Positions 9,225-18,846 of a stretch of 64,000 nt of DNA are shown here, piece after piece. Each line of letters opens with the position of its first letter. Position 1 is the first letter of the stretch. Both the position numbers and the translations under genes were made by a program. Origin of the DNA: Sulfitobacter sp. (GTDB lineage: Bacteria > Pseudomonadota > Alphaproteobacteria > Rhodobacterales > Rhodobacteraceae); NCBI GenBank assembly GCA_051251995.1, contig JBPOFF010000001.1:355190-419189 (forward strand), given 5' to 3'. Below the pieces are notes generated by a model. It had not been told where the DNA came from. It saw only the letters and a list, made by a program, of their open reading frames with translations, and made no database searches.

Positions 9225-9870
9225 ACCGACGCGGCACAATCAGCAGCATTCCGGGGCCGTCCATTTGTATGCGTATCGGACCGGTGGCATGATTGGATGT
9301 GCCACTTTGATACCCCGGTCTGAATTCAATGCCGTCGATTGGCCAATGCAAGCCTGTGCTTTGCCCTGTCACTTTTGCTAATGGAAACAATGAAATTGTA
9401 TCCCCCGCCGCGCAGTCCAATGAAAAATCGGGGGGGGCCACAAAGATAAGCTCATCTTCGGCAAGCAGAATGCACGGTTGGTGCGCGAATTTGACGATGG
9501 AGTTGAACGCCGCCAGTTGGTGATCCACCCGGGCACCGCAAAACCCAACACCGATAATCAACGGCGCGTCGATCCGTTGCAGGGCTTTTTCAAAATCTGT
9601 GCTGTCTTGCTCTGCTATGTGGAACTGGCGTTTTGCAGGGATCTTTGCCAAAACTTCCGCAGGGACTGAATCGAAATCGCCGACCGCCGCCGCCAGCTCT
9701 ACCCCGGCCCTAACAGCCAGCGATGCGCCGCCGTCTACTGCCACACACATAGGGGCCAGCGTTAATGATTTGTGCAGATCATCTGGCGTAGCCTGCCCCC
9801 CACCCACAAGAGTGATTGGATACTGCGTTTGGACAATCGGTGCAAAAGTGTGAACAATGGGCTTTTTCAT
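9160..9870 (-). CDS. thiN: Thiamine diphosphokinase
   Basis: VAVDGGA, GDFDSV, EQDSTDFEKAL, GARVDH, GLHWP, GTSN. Confidence 0.9.
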   Translation of the reverse strand: MKKPIVHTFAPIVQTQYPITLVGGGQATPDDLHKSLTLAPMCVAVDGGASLAVRAGVELAAAVGDFDSVPAEVLAKIPAKRQFHIAEQDSTDFEKALQRIDAPLIIGVGFCGARVDHQLAAFNSIVKFAHQPCILLAEDELIFVAPPDFSLDCAAGDTISLFPLAKVTGQSTGLHWPIDGIEFRPGYQSGTSNHATGPIRIQMDGPGMLLIVPRRFITLVVEQLSQQPAPWPVRAG

Positions 9871-10008
9871 GGTCAATTACTGCCTTTTTCGGAAACAGGC
9901 CACAATGTCGCCATGAAATGATACGTTCAAGGGCACAGATTCGGGCCGCTTTGGTCTTGGACATCATGGTAAACGATAAGCTGCAAAACCGCAGAGGACG
10001 AGCATCCG

Positions 10009-12177
10009 ATGATGAGTAACAATAAAATTTTAACGGTCTCCTATGGCACATTCTCGTGCACCCTAGAGGGATTTGACGATTCCTTTGGCACGATGAAAGC
10101 CATCGCAGAGTATTTTCGTGGCTTGTCGTCTGACGCGCCCTATTTTGGGGCCGAACCCCCACAGCCTGATGCAGAAATGCTGGCGCGGATCGCCCAGAAA
10201 GAGATTTCACGCCGTGTAGAAGCACGCGAGCATGAAGGCAAGATACACCTGTCAGCGATTGAGGCGCAAAACGAGGGTACAGGTGACGCGCCGCAAGCCT
10301 TGTTGAGCGATACCGCTGGCACCACAACGCCGATTGCCGAAAGTGCAATGGCTGCTGCTGCTATAGCGGTAGGTGCCGCAGGTGCAGATGCGAAAGATCA
10401 AGACGATGCACCTGCTGCTGCACCAGTGGAAGACAAAGCTGAAGCGCGCGTTGAGGTCGAAACCCCAGTGGCTGAACATTCCGAAGCAAAAGCTGTTGAG
10501 CCTACGGTTGAAGCCATCGAAGAAGATACAAAAGCCGAAGCTGAACTTGAAGAATTTGTAGAAGACGAAAATGATATTGTGCCGGGTCAACCTGACGCAG
10601 ATGTCGAAGCGTTTTTTGCCAATTCCACAGAAGTGCGGCTGGCCGATGACGAAAACGAAGAATTCGAGGTCGATCAGGTTGCGGCAAAACCTGAGCCGGT
10701 TGTCGCCCAAAACGATAGCATTGCAGCCAAGTTACAGCGTATCCGGGCAGTTGTTGCCCAACATGACGAAATCCAAGACGAAGAAGATTTTGCCGAAGAC
10801 CAGCACGCTGATAATTCTGACGAACCAACAGCAGAGCCTGAGCATCTGGTCGCAGATGCCCGCCGTGACATCGAAGATGCGCTTACGGCGGACGATACTG
10901 CGGATATGGACGTTGCCGATCACGACGAGGATGACGACGATGATATCGCCGCCATTCTGGACCGTTTGGGTGCCGCAGATGATGTGGAGGTTGAGACAGT
11001 TGACGAAGATATCGTTGCGGTTTCACAGCCAACAGATGCAGCTGACGACGCGGTAAGCAATCTCTTTGGCGAAGACGGTTATGAGGACAATCTTGAAGCA
11101 GATGCCGACAACGACGTTGAAGCAGACACCGACGATGTTGCTGAAGTTGCCGCCGCTGAGGAAGCACCACGCACGCCACGTGCCCGGGTGATCAAAGTCA
11201 AACGCGCCGATCTTGAAGCCGCAATAGAAAACGGCGAGCTTGAAGAATACGACGAGGATATTCCAACACTGGATGAACTGGCCCCGGCCAAAACCAAGAC
11301 ATCATCGCTGTCCAAAGAAGACGAGGCTGAGTTAGCCCGCGAATTAGCCGATTTGGAAGCGGATATGTCCCCAAAGAAAGCGAGATTGTCCGACGATTTG
11401 GATGATGCTTTAGACCACGAAGACGCAATCCTTGACGATGAAGACGATGTTGATGAGGAAGCGCAAACCGTTGCCCCCGCACCACGCCGCGTGTTGCCAT
11501 CCATTGATGACGCCAAAAGCGACGACATGGACCGGCTGTTGGCCGAAACCGATCATCAGATGGATGAACCGGAAAGCGCCACACGTCGCAATGCGTTTTC
11601 GCATCTGCGTGCGGCGGTTGCTGCGAAAAAAGCAGATGTTGCCATGGGTGCATCTGAAAAAGCAGACGAAAATGACGGTGCATATCGCAATGATCTGGCC
11701 GATGTTGTACGTCCACGTCGCCCTGTCAGCACATTAGCACGCACCGAACGCCCCGGCGAAGGCCGCCCTGCCCCGCTGAAACTGGTTGCAGAACAACGCA
11801 TTGATGTTGAACGCGCACGTCCCGCTGGCCCTGTTCGCCCGCGCCGGGTTGCAGCCGTGTCCGACGTCGCAGCACCAGCAGCAGAGGGCGAAAGCTTTGC
11901 CGATTATGCCGCTGAAATGGGTGCAACTAAGCTGCCGCAACTGCTTGAAGCGGCAGCCGCCTATATGTCATTTGTCGAAGGTCGCGAGCAATTTTCGCGC
12001 CCTCAACTGATGACAAAAGTGCGTCAGGTGGGCCCAGAAGATGGCTTTAGCCGTGAAGACGGATTGCGGTCCTTTGGACAATTGCTGCGTGCCGGCAAAA
12101 TCGAAAAAATCAAAGGTGGTCGGTTTACCGTGTCAGACGACATCGGATACCGCCCGGATCATCGCGCAGCCGGTTAA
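10009..12177 (+). CDS. Large acidic protein: conserved-looking N- and C-terminal domains around a D/E-rich low-complexity middle
   Basis: 722 aa ORF; KILTVSYGTFSCTLEGFDD N-terminus; very D/E/A-rich about aa 85-600; helical C-terminus FSRPQLM...FSREDGLRSFGQLLR.GKI. Confidence 0.85.
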   Translation: MMSNNKILTVSYGTFSCTLEGFDDSFGTMKAIAEYFRGLSSDAPYFGAEPPQPDAEMLARIAQKEISRRVEAREHEGKIHLSAIEAQNEGTGDAPQALLSDTAGTTTPIAESAMAAAAIAVGAAGADAKDQDDAPAAAPVEDKAEARVEVETPVAEHSEAKAVEPTVEAIEEDTKAEAELEEFVEDENDIVPGQPDADVEAFFANSTEVRLADDENEEFEVDQVAAKPEPVVAQNDSIAAKLQRIRAVVAQHDEIQDEEDFAEDQHADNSDEPTAEPEHLVADARRDIEDALTADDTADMDVADHDEDDDDDIAAILDRLGAADDVEVETVDEDIVAVSQPTDAADDAVSNLFGEDGYEDNLEADADNDVEADTDDVAEVAAAEEAPRTPRARVIKVKRADLEAAIENGELEEYDEDIPTLDELAPAKTKTSSLSKEDEAELARELADLEADMSPKKARLSDDLDDALDHEDAILDDEDDVDEEAQTVAPAPRRVLPSIDDAKSDDMDRLLAETDHQMDEPESATRRNAFSHLRAAVAAKKADVAMGASEKADENDGAYRNDLADVVRPRRPVSTLARTERPGEGRPAPLKLVAEQRIDVERARPAGPVRPRRVAAVSDVAAPAAEGESFADYAAEMGATKLPQLLEAAAAYMSFVEGREQFSRPQLMTKVRQVGPEDGFSREDGLRSFGQLLRAGKIEKIKGGRFTVSDDIGYRPDHRAAG

Positions 12178-12196
12178 GACGGATCAAATCCAACAC

Positions 12197-12226
12197 AAAA
12201 GGCGGTGCAGTTGCGCCGCCTTTTTT
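12197..12226. terminator. Bidirectional intrinsic terminator
   Basis: AAAAGGCGGTGCA-GT-TGCGCCGCCTTTTTT between convergent genes. Confidence 0.8.
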
Positions 12227-12245
12227 CATTTGAACATCAGGATGC

Positions 12246-12608
12246 TCAGAACTCGTTTGGCGTACAAAAGATCAATTTGTTACCGCTGGGATCAGTGATC
12301 GACATATCATCCCAGCCCCAGGGCTGGCATTGAACACCGGGCCGGGCGTTACGGTCGTTTTTCGCGTTCAATTGTTTTGCATAGGCATGCACATCGGCCA
12401 CCTCAATCCGCAAGGCAGCCCCCGGCGTTGCATCGCCAAAGTGTTCGGACAGATGCAGTTCACAATCGCCTTTCTTCACACCGAAATAAAGTGGCGTGCC
12501 TGGTTCAAAGCGATGTTCAAACACCACTTTAAAGCCGAGAAATTCAATATAAAAAGCCCGGGTTGCCGCCTCGTCAAAGCTGCGCAGGATCGGAATCGGC
12601 GCTTTCAC
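12246..12608 (-). CDS. VOC/glyoxalase-bleomycin resistance family protein
   Basis: PILRSFDE...FY..FLGF, LHLSEH, PWG.....I.DP.GN.L.F. Confidence 0.88.
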   Translation of the reverse strand: MKAPIPILRSFDEAATRAFYIEFLGFKVVFEHRFEPGTPLYFGVKKGDCELHLSEHFGDATPGAALRIEVADVHAYAKQLNAKNDRNARPGVQCQPWGWDDMSITDPSGNKLIFCTPNEF

Positions 12609-12826
12609 TTTTCCGCATCCGGGTCTGCTTGGCCAATCCCTTTAAAAACGAATTTAAGTGGAATCGCCCAAACAATGCCCAAACAGACGAAGATCAAAAG
12701 TTGCAGAAACTTTGATATCTCTCCGAACAGGTCCACCACATTTACGGCAACCACAATATAAAGCGGCAGACCGATCAGCAGGATGACCAGCGCCCAGCGT
12801 CTGCGAGATTTATAGCTGAGTGCCAT
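12605..12826 (-). CDS. DUF2842 family small membrane protein
   Basis: RRRWALVILLIGLPLYIVVAV...GIVWAIP; downstream of purA. Confidence 0.75.
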   Translation of the reverse strand: MALSYKSRRRWALVILLIGLPLYIVVAVNVVDLFGEISKFLQLLIFVCLGIVWAIPLKFVFKGIGQADPDAEK

Positions 12827-12838
12827 GTCGATCCTTGC

Positions 12839-14131
12839 TTAATCAGCGAACGGGTCAGTTACCAAAATTGTGTCTTCGCGTTCCGGTGAGGTTGAAAGTA
12901 GTGCGACCGGGCATTCAATCAATTCTTCAACGCGGCGCACATATTTGATCGCCTCAGCGGGCAGATCAGCCCAAGATCGCGCGCCTTCGGTCGATTCTGA
13001 CCACCCCGGCATTTCTTCGTAAATCGGGGTGCACCGGGCCTGTTGATCAGCCGCTGTTGGCAGATATTCAAGCCGCTTGCCGTCCAAGTCATAGCCAACG
13101 CAGATTTTTAATGTCTCAAATCCGTCAAGCACGTCAAGTTTTGTGAAGGCAATGCCGTTCACGCCACTGGTCGCACAGGTCTGGCGCACCAGCACCGCAT
13201 CGAACCAGCCGCATCGGCGCTTGCGCCCGGTGACAGTGCCAAATTCATGGCCGCGCTCACCAAGCCGTTGACCATCCGCATCGTTCAGTTCCGCAGGGAA
13301 CGGGCCTTCGCCAACACGGGTGGTATACGCCTTCACGATCCCCAACACAAAGTCGATGGAACCCGGGCCGATGCCCGTACCTGTTGCCGCTTGGCCTGCG
13401 ATTACGTTGGATGAGGTCACAAACGGATAGGTGCCAAAGTCGATGTCCAGCAGCGCCCCCTGCGCCCCTTCGAACAAGATGCGTTTACCTGCCTTGCGCT
13501 GTTCATTGAGCAGCTTCCAAACCGGGGCTGCATATTCCAGCACCGATGGGGCAATCTCGCGCAATTGCGCCAGCAAAGCATCGCGGTCTACCGGATCAAG
13601 GCCCAGACCCCGGCGCAGCGCGTCATGGTGGACCAAGGCGCGATCTACCCGCAATTCCAGCGTTGCATCATCCGCCAGATCAGCAACCCGAACCGAACGA
13701 CGGCCAACTTTATCTTCATAGGCGGGCCCAATGCCGCGACCCGTTGTGCCAATCTTGGCAACTGAATTCTGCGCTTCGCGGGCGCGGTCCAATTCACCGT
13801 GGATTGGCAGAATCAGCGGCGTATTTTCTGCAATCATCAATGTTTCAGGGGTAATCGTCACGCCTTGACTGCGCAGACCTTCGATTTCTTTTCCCAAATG
13901 CCAAGGGTCCAGCACCACACCGTTGCCGATCACGCTCAACTTACCACCGCGCACAATCCCCGAAGGCAGCAAGCTCAGTTTAAACACTTCGCCATCAATC
14001 ACCAGCGTATGGCCTGCGTTATGCCCGCCCTGAAAACGCGCGATGACATCCGCGCGCTCAGACAGCCAATCCACAATCTTGCCTTTTCCTTCGTCGCCCC
14101 ATTGAGCGCCGACAACTACGACATTGGCCAT
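12839..14131 (-). CDS. purA: Adenylosuccinate synthetase
   Basis: [42 protein letters not shown]; true start MANVVVV at 14131. Confidence 0.99.
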   Translation of the reverse strand: MANVVVVGAQWGDEGKGKIVDWLSERADVIARFQGGHNAGHTLVIDGEVFKLSLLPSGIVRGGKLSVIGNGVVLDPWHLGKEIEGLRSQGVTITPETLMIAENTPLILPIHGELDRAREAQNSVAKIGTTGRGIGPAYEDKVGRRSVRVADLADDATLELRVDRALVHHDALRRGLGLDPVDRDALLAQLREIAPSVLEYAAPVWKLLNEQRKAGKRILFEGAQGALLDIDFGTYPFVTSSNVIAGQAATGTGIGPGSIDFVLGIVKAYTTRVGEGPFPAELNDADGQRLGERGHEFGTVTGRKRRCGWFDAVLVRQTCATSGVNGIAFTKLDVLDGFETLKICVGYDLDGKRLEYLPTAADQQARCTPIYEEMPGWSESTEGARSWADLPAEAIKYVRRVEELIECPVALLSTSPEREDTILVTDPFAD

Positions 14132-14291
14132 TGATGGTATTCCTTTTTGAGACAACCCGCGCCCGTATAGCTGGCCTCGGCCATGGGCGAAACTGTAAAA
14201 AGTCCGCTCGGACCATTTGTTGGGCAAAGGCCATAGACTTTATGGTTCAGGCGGGGATATTTTCGGCCAAAAAGAAACAAAGGAAACCTTG

Positions 14292-14687
14292 ATGGGCTTT
14301 ATCTTGCGGTGGTTGTGCGCGTTTTTGCTGCTAGCGGCGACGTTTAACCCGACCGAATACAACTATGTGAATTGGGTGCGGGATTATGGTGGTATGAACC
14401 TGTCAATTGCTGTGTTGCTGGGGCTGCTGTTGGCGATTGGCTATATCATCTATCTACGCGCCACGCTGCGGTCGATCGGTGGGTTTGGCATGTTGTTGGT
14501 GCTGGCCTTGGTCGCTGCCGCGCTTTGGGTGCTTTATGATCTGGGTGTGCTGCGACTGGACAATTCAAGTATGAATGTCTGGCTTGCCTTGGCCGCCCTT
14601 AGTTTTGTTTTAGGCATCGGGTTGAGCTGGAGCCATGTGCGCCGCGCCTTGTCGGGTCAGGCTGATATGGATGATGTGGACGAGTAA
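14292..14687 (+). CDS. Conserved membrane protein (DUF6524-like)
   Basis: MGFILRW...ATFNPT..NYV.W; four hydrophobic segments; RBS AGGA before ATG 14292. Confidence 0.75.
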   Translation: MGFILRWLCAFLLLAATFNPTEYNYVNWVRDYGGMNLSIAVLLGLLLAIGYIIYLRATLRSIGGFGMLLVLALVAAALWVLYDLGVLRLDNSSMNVWLALAALSFVLGIGLSWSHVRRALSGQADMDDVDE

Positions 14688-14999
14688 TCAGCCTAAAGTG
14701 ACCGGCGCGCCATGTGGGGTCCGCAAATAGGCGGCCTCCCATTGGTCGCGTAGGGCGTTGACCAGATCGGGTTGGGCCATGCCAAGCTCGGATAGGTAGG
14801 ATTCGAGCGTTTCGAGCCATGCGGCAAAGTAATCGTCGCCACCGTTCAAGTCACGTGCAACGCCATGCCGCGCAAGGGTTGCGCCAAAGCGTCTGGCCCA
14901 GTCTGACCAGACAAAATGGCCCGCCTCGTTCAAATACACTGTTAAGGCAAAGACCTGCGCGTGCCAAGGCGCCTCAAATGCGGGTTCCGGGGCGGTCAT
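14688..14999 (-). CDS. Nitrile hydratase accessory/activator protein (beta-like)
   Basis: FEAPWHAQVFAL...F.W..W..F...YF.AWL..LE; ATG overlaps the beta-subunit stop. Confidence 0.9.
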   Translation of the reverse strand: MTAPEPAFEAPWHAQVFALTVYLNEAGHFVWSDWARRFGATLARHGVARDLNGGDDYFAAWLETLESYLSELGMAQPDLVNALRDQWEAAYLRTPHGAPVTLG

Positions 15000-15670
15000 G
15001 GCGTGGACAGGTAGGATTGCCAAAGATCCAGTACCACTTCATCATCTGGATGTTCGGGGTGCGCCCAAAGCACGGATGCCGAAAAAGCCACGGCGTACAG
15101 GGGTTCAGGCGCTTCGCCGTGTGCGTGTGCATTGCTGTCAGGCAGAACATGCGTGCCGTGCAGGCGCAAAATACGACCCATGGCACCTGCGGCATAGCCG
15201 GGCAGACGGGTGTGACCGCCAGAAACCAACGTATTTTGGGCGATCTTGCGGGTGATGACCACGTCACCAACAGCAAAAATCGGTGCCACATCGCTTGGCC
15301 GATCCGCAGGTCCGCCTTTGGCCAACACGCTCGCGACCTGATCGGCGTGAAGTGTCTTTTCACGCAAATGGCTGGGTGTTGGGGCAGAATATCCAGCCAG
15401 TTCATCGCGGCTGACAACACCTTTGTGAACCAACATATCAGCAAGCCCGGCCATCCACTTTTCGTAGTATGAGAACCGCGCGTAATCCATCGGGGCCAAG
15501 GATTCGCGTGCATGTCGCGACACGTCGATATTCCATTTTCCCAAGCTGCCCGCGGCCAATGTGACGGCCAAGGCGCGCGGATGCCAGTCTGCGTGAAATT
15601 TCACGTCTTCGGGCTCAGGGATAACAGGGCCATCGCCAAAACGTCCGCCCATGTCGTGTACGCGGCTCAC
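14996..15670 (-). CDS. nthB: Nitrile hydratase beta subunit
   Basis: [43 protein letters not shown]; GTG start. Confidence 0.96.
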   Translation of the reverse strand: MSRVHDMGGRFGDGPVIPEPEDVKFHADWHPRALAVTLAAGSLGKWNIDVSRHARESLAPMDYARFSYYEKWMAGLADMLVHKGVVSRDELAGYSAPTPSHLREKTLHADQVASVLAKGGPADRPSDVAPIFAVGDVVITRKIAQNTLVSGGHTRLPGYAAGAMGRILRLHGTHVLPDSNAHAHGEAPEPLYAVAFSASVLWAHPEHPDDEVVLDLWQSYLSTP

Positions 15671-15704
15671 GTGTATGCGCCAGTATGTGTGTGTACGCGG
15701 CTCA
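15656..15704. repeat. 14-bp direct repeat of the nthB start region, 35 bp apart
   Basis: GTGTACGCGGCTCA at 15656-15669 and 15691-15704. Confidence 0.9.
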
Positions 15705-15705
15705 T
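15667..15705 (-). CDS. 12-codon mini-[15 protein letters not shown] between nthA and nthB
   Basis: ATG 15705 overlaps the nthA TGA (ATGA); its own TGA overlaps the nthB GTG (GTGA); translation not proven. Confidence 0.45.
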   Translation of the reverse strand: MSRVHTHTGAYT

Positions 15706-16319
15706 GGTGTGATCGCCAATCCGGTGCCGATCATGCTGTCACGTGTGACCAACGCCATCAGTGCCTCTTCGTCCATGCCATTGGTGCCAGCGGGGCGCTC
15801 CGGGATCACCAGATATCGCACCTCAGCCGTCGAATCCCACACCCGCACGGCAGTTTCTTGCGGCAGTTCAACGCCAAAATCTGACAAAACCTTGCGCGGT
15901 TCGCGCACCACACGGGCGCGGTAGGCATCTGATTTGTACCACCCCGGCGGAATACCCAACAGCGGCCATGGGTAACATGAACACAAAGTACACACGACGA
16001 TGTTGTGAACTTCGGCAGTATTTTCGACCGCAACCATATGTTCGCCCTGACGGCCATAAAACCCCATGCCATCAATCACTGCGGTCGCGTCCGCCAAAAG
16101 GGCCGCCTTGAAATCAGGGTCAGCCCAAGCACGTGCAACCACCTGCGCCCCATTGCGCGGGCCGATTTTGTTTTCATAGGTGTCGATGATCACGTCCAAG
16201 GCGGCTGGATCAATCAGCCCCTTTTCAGTCAACAGCGTTTCAATTGCCTTGATCCGCAGCGCCGGGTCCGGCGGCAGCAAGGTATGGGGGTGATCGTGGT
16301 CTGAATGATCATGGGGCAT
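15702..16319 (-). CDS. nthA: Nitrile hydratase alpha subunit, cobalt type
   Basis: Metal-binding VCTLCSCY (CTLCSC = Co type), [24 protein letters not shown]; His-rich start [10 protein letters not shown] at 16319. Confidence 0.97.
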   Translation of the reverse strand: MPHDHSDHDHPHTLLPPDPALRIKAIETLLTEKGLIDPAALDVIIDTYENKIGPRNGAQVVARAWADPDFKAALLADATAVIDGMGFYGRQGEHMVAVENTAEVHNIVVCTLCSCYPWPLLGIPPGWYKSDAYRARVVREPRKVLSDFGVELPQETAVRVWDSTAEVRYLVIPERPAGTNGMDEEALMALVTRDSMIGTGLAITP

Positions 16320-16394
16320 AATGCGATGCTGCCCCAGACATTTGGGCTTGTCCATGGCTGGAGCGCGCAAGTGCTTAAAAAACCCCATGATTTT

Positions 16395-16422
16395 TTGTGT
16401 GAAATTCGGCGCAAAATATGAT
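16395..16422 (+). promoter_or_regulatory. Putative sigma70-type promoter for the intergenic transcript
   Basis: TTGTGT-N16-TATGAT. Confidence 0.4.
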
Positions 16423-16428
16423 ACACTT

Positions 16429-16533
16429 ATAGCGTGAAACGAGTCTGATCCACCTCAAATCCAGGATAGCCCTTCTATAAGACGTGGAAGTACCGTTTCA
16501 AGAAGACCGCCGCCCCCATGCGGCGGTCTTTCG
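16429..16533 (+). ncRNA. Candidate small RNA of about 105 nt between divergent nthA and secG
   Basis: Promoter-like element upstream, perfect 11-bp terminator hairpin at its end, no credible ORF, separate secG promoter downstream. Confidence 0.4.
16503..16533 (+). terminator. Intrinsic terminator-like hairpin
   Basis: AAGACCGCCGC-CCCCAT-GCGGCGGTCTT(T). Confidence 0.7.
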
Positions 16534-16579
16534 TATGGCAAAATCAGCCCCGGATGGGCAGCGTCCGGTCAATCCTCCC

Positions 16580-16608
16580 TTGCCCCCAATGTCAAAGATG
16601 ACTAAATA
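16580..16608 (+). promoter_or_regulatory. Putative secG promoter
   Basis: TTGCCC-N17-TAAATA, about 30 nt before the secG ATG. Confidence 0.4.
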
Positions 16609-16639
16609 CCCGCAAACAAATTCGAAAGCGCACGCCCAC

Positions 16640-17002
16640 ATGGAAAATGTCGTCCTGATCATCCACCTCATTCTGGCACTGTGCCTGATTGCGGTTGTCC
16701 TTTTGCAACGCTCCGAAGGGGGTGGTCTGGGCATGGGTGGTGGTGGTGGCGGCGGTGCTGTTGCAGGTCGGTCTGCGGCGACTGCATTGGGCAAATTGAC
16801 TTGGCTCTTTGGCGTTGGTTTTCTGATCACGTCGATCACCTTGACCATCATTGTAGCTGAAAAATCAGCGGGTTCTTCAGTTATTGATCGGTTGAGCGCG
16901 ACGCCCCCTGCCCTGAACGAAACGCCTGCACTGCCAGAAGGGGGCGCGTTGCTGCCGCCAACTGCTGATGATGCAACGCCGCTTGTTCCTACGGCTGATT
17001 GA
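16640..17002 (+). CDS. secG: Preprotein translocase subunit SecG
   Basis: HLILALCLIAVVLLQRSEGGGLG...L.KLTW; upstream of pyrG; start ATG 16640. Confidence 0.96.
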   Translation: MENVVLIIHLILALCLIAVVLLQRSEGGGLGMGGGGGGGAVAGRSAATALGKLTWLFGVGFLITSITLTIIVAEKSAGSSVIDRLSATPPALNETPALPEGGALLPPTADDATPLVPTAD

Positions 17003-17182
17003 TTTAACCACCACAACAGCTTGAGGTTCTGCTGATTTTCGCAACATCATGTTGCGTTACAGCCTTGCCTTGATCCGCCGAATCCTGCTAAGCTTAAACC
17101 CCGTGGTGTTGCGGTTTTCCGCAACGCATTTGGCTGGTTTTTGTCACACACCAATTGAAACGCACGGGAGACCCACACGCAC

Positions 17183-18826
17183 ATGGCACGCTATATTTTT
17201 ATCACCGGTGGTGTGGTTTCCTCTTTGGGCAAAGGTCTGGCATCGGCAGCATTGGGCGCCCTGTTGCAGGCCCGTGGGTTTTCGGTGCGCCTGCGCAAGC
17301 TGGACCCTTATTTGAACGTCGATCCCGGCACCATGTCACCGTTTGAACATGGCGAAGTGTTTGTGACCGACGATGGTGCAGAAACCGATCTGGATTTGGG
17401 CCATTACGAACGTTTCACCGGGGTGGCCGCGCGCAAAACCGATTCCATCTCATCCGGCCGGGTTTATTCCACCGTCTTGGAAAAAGAACGGCGTGGCGAT
17501 TATCTGGGCAAAACCATCCAAGTGATCCCGCATGTGACCAATGAAATCAAAGACTTCATCGGTATTGGCGATGACGAAGTTGATTTCATGTTGTGTGAAA
17601 TCGGCGGCACCGTCGGCGATATTGAAGGTTTGCCGTTCTTTGAAGCGATCCGGCAATTCAGCCACGACAAACCACGCGGCCAGTGCATTTTTATGCATCT
17701 GACCCTGCTGCCCTATCTGGCGGCATCTGGGGAATTGAAAACCAAACCGACCCAACACAGCGTTAAGGAATTGCAAAGTATCGGCATCGCGCCCGACATT
17801 TTGGTCTGTCGGTCCGAACATCCGATCCCGGAAAAAGAGCGTGAGAAAATCGCACTGTTCTGTAACGTTCGTAAAGAATCTGTTGTCGCCGCTTACGATT
17901 TGAAATCGATTTACGAAGCCCCCTTGGCCTACCACGCGCAAGGCCTCGATCAGGCGGTTCTGGACGCCTTTGATATTTCCCCTGCCCCGCGTCCAGATTT
18001 GACCGTATGGCATGACGTGTTTGACCGCATTCACAATCCCGAGGGCGAAGTGCGGGTGGCGATTGTCGGCAAATACACACAGCTTGAAGATGCCTATAAA
18101 TCCATCGCTGAGGCGCTGACCCATGGCGGGATGGCCAATCGCGTCAAGGTTAAGATCGAATGGGTCGATGCCGAGGTTTTTGACACCGAAGATGCCGCAC
18201 CACACCTTGAAGGCTTTCATGCAATTCTGGTGCCGGGTGGATTTGGCGAACGCGGCACCGAGGGTAAAATCAAAGCCGCCCAATATGCACGCGAACACAA
18301 GGTGCCCTATCTGGGCATCTGTCTGGGCATGCAGATGGCCGTGATCGAAGCTGCGCGCAATGTGGCCGGGCTAAGCACCGCCGGATCCGAAGAATTTGAC
18401 CATGAAGCAGGAAAAAAGCGTTTTGAACCAGTGGTGTATCACCTCAAGGAATGGGTGCAGGGCAATCACAAGGTTGAACGCAAAGTGGGCGACGACAAAG
18501 GTGGCACCATGCGATTGGGGGCCTATGATGCGACGCTAAAAGAAGGGTCGCGGGTGGCACACGCCTATGGCACCACAACAATAGATGAACGCCACCGCCA
18601 TCGCTATGAGGTTGATATTGCGTATAAAGATCAGCTTGAAAAGGCTGGCTTGACGTTTTCCGGCATGTCACCAGACGGCAAACTACCCGAGATTGTCGAG
18701 TGGTCGGATCATCCGTGGTTTATCGGGGTGCAGTTTCACCCTGAATTGAAGTCGAAACCCTTTGCGCCACATCCGTTGTTCAAGGATTTTGTGCGGGCGG
18801 CCAAAGAAATGTCACGGCTGGTCTAA
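17183..18826 (+). CDS. pyrG: CTP synthase
   Basis: [42 protein letters not shown]. Confidence 0.99.
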   Translation: MARYIFITGGVVSSLGKGLASAALGALLQARGFSVRLRKLDPYLNVDPGTMSPFEHGEVFVTDDGAETDLDLGHYERFTGVAARKTDSISSGRVYSTVLEKERRGDYLGKTIQVIPHVTNEIKDFIGIGDDEVDFMLCEIGGTVGDIEGLPFFEAIRQFSHDKPRGQCIFMHLTLLPYLAASGELKTKPTQHSVKELQSIGIAPDILVCRSEHPIPEKEREKIALFCNVRKESVVAAYDLKSIYEAPLAYHAQGLDQAVLDAFDISPAPRPDLTVWHDVFDRIHNPEGEVRVAIVGKYTQLEDAYKSIAEALTHGGMANRVKVKIEWVDAEVFDTEDAAPHLEGFHAILVPGGFGERGTEGKIKAAQYAREHKVPYLGICLGMQMAVIEAARNVAGLSTAGSEEFDHEAGKKRFEPVVYHLKEWVQGNHKVERKVGDDKGGTMRLGAYDATLKEGSRVAHAYGTTTIDERHRHRYEVDIAYKDQLEKAGLTFSGMSPDGKLPEIVEWSDHPWFIGVQFHPELKSKPFAPHPLFKDFVRAAKEMSRLV

Positions 18827-18846
18827 TCATTTAATGAGGAACGCCC

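Noticed and set aside
10009-12177. CheA or lipoprotein label for the acidic protein
   Set aside because: No Hpt, HATPase or CheW motifs and no lipobox.
17450-18298. 282-aa minus-strand ORF
   Set aside because: Antisense shadow of pyrG.
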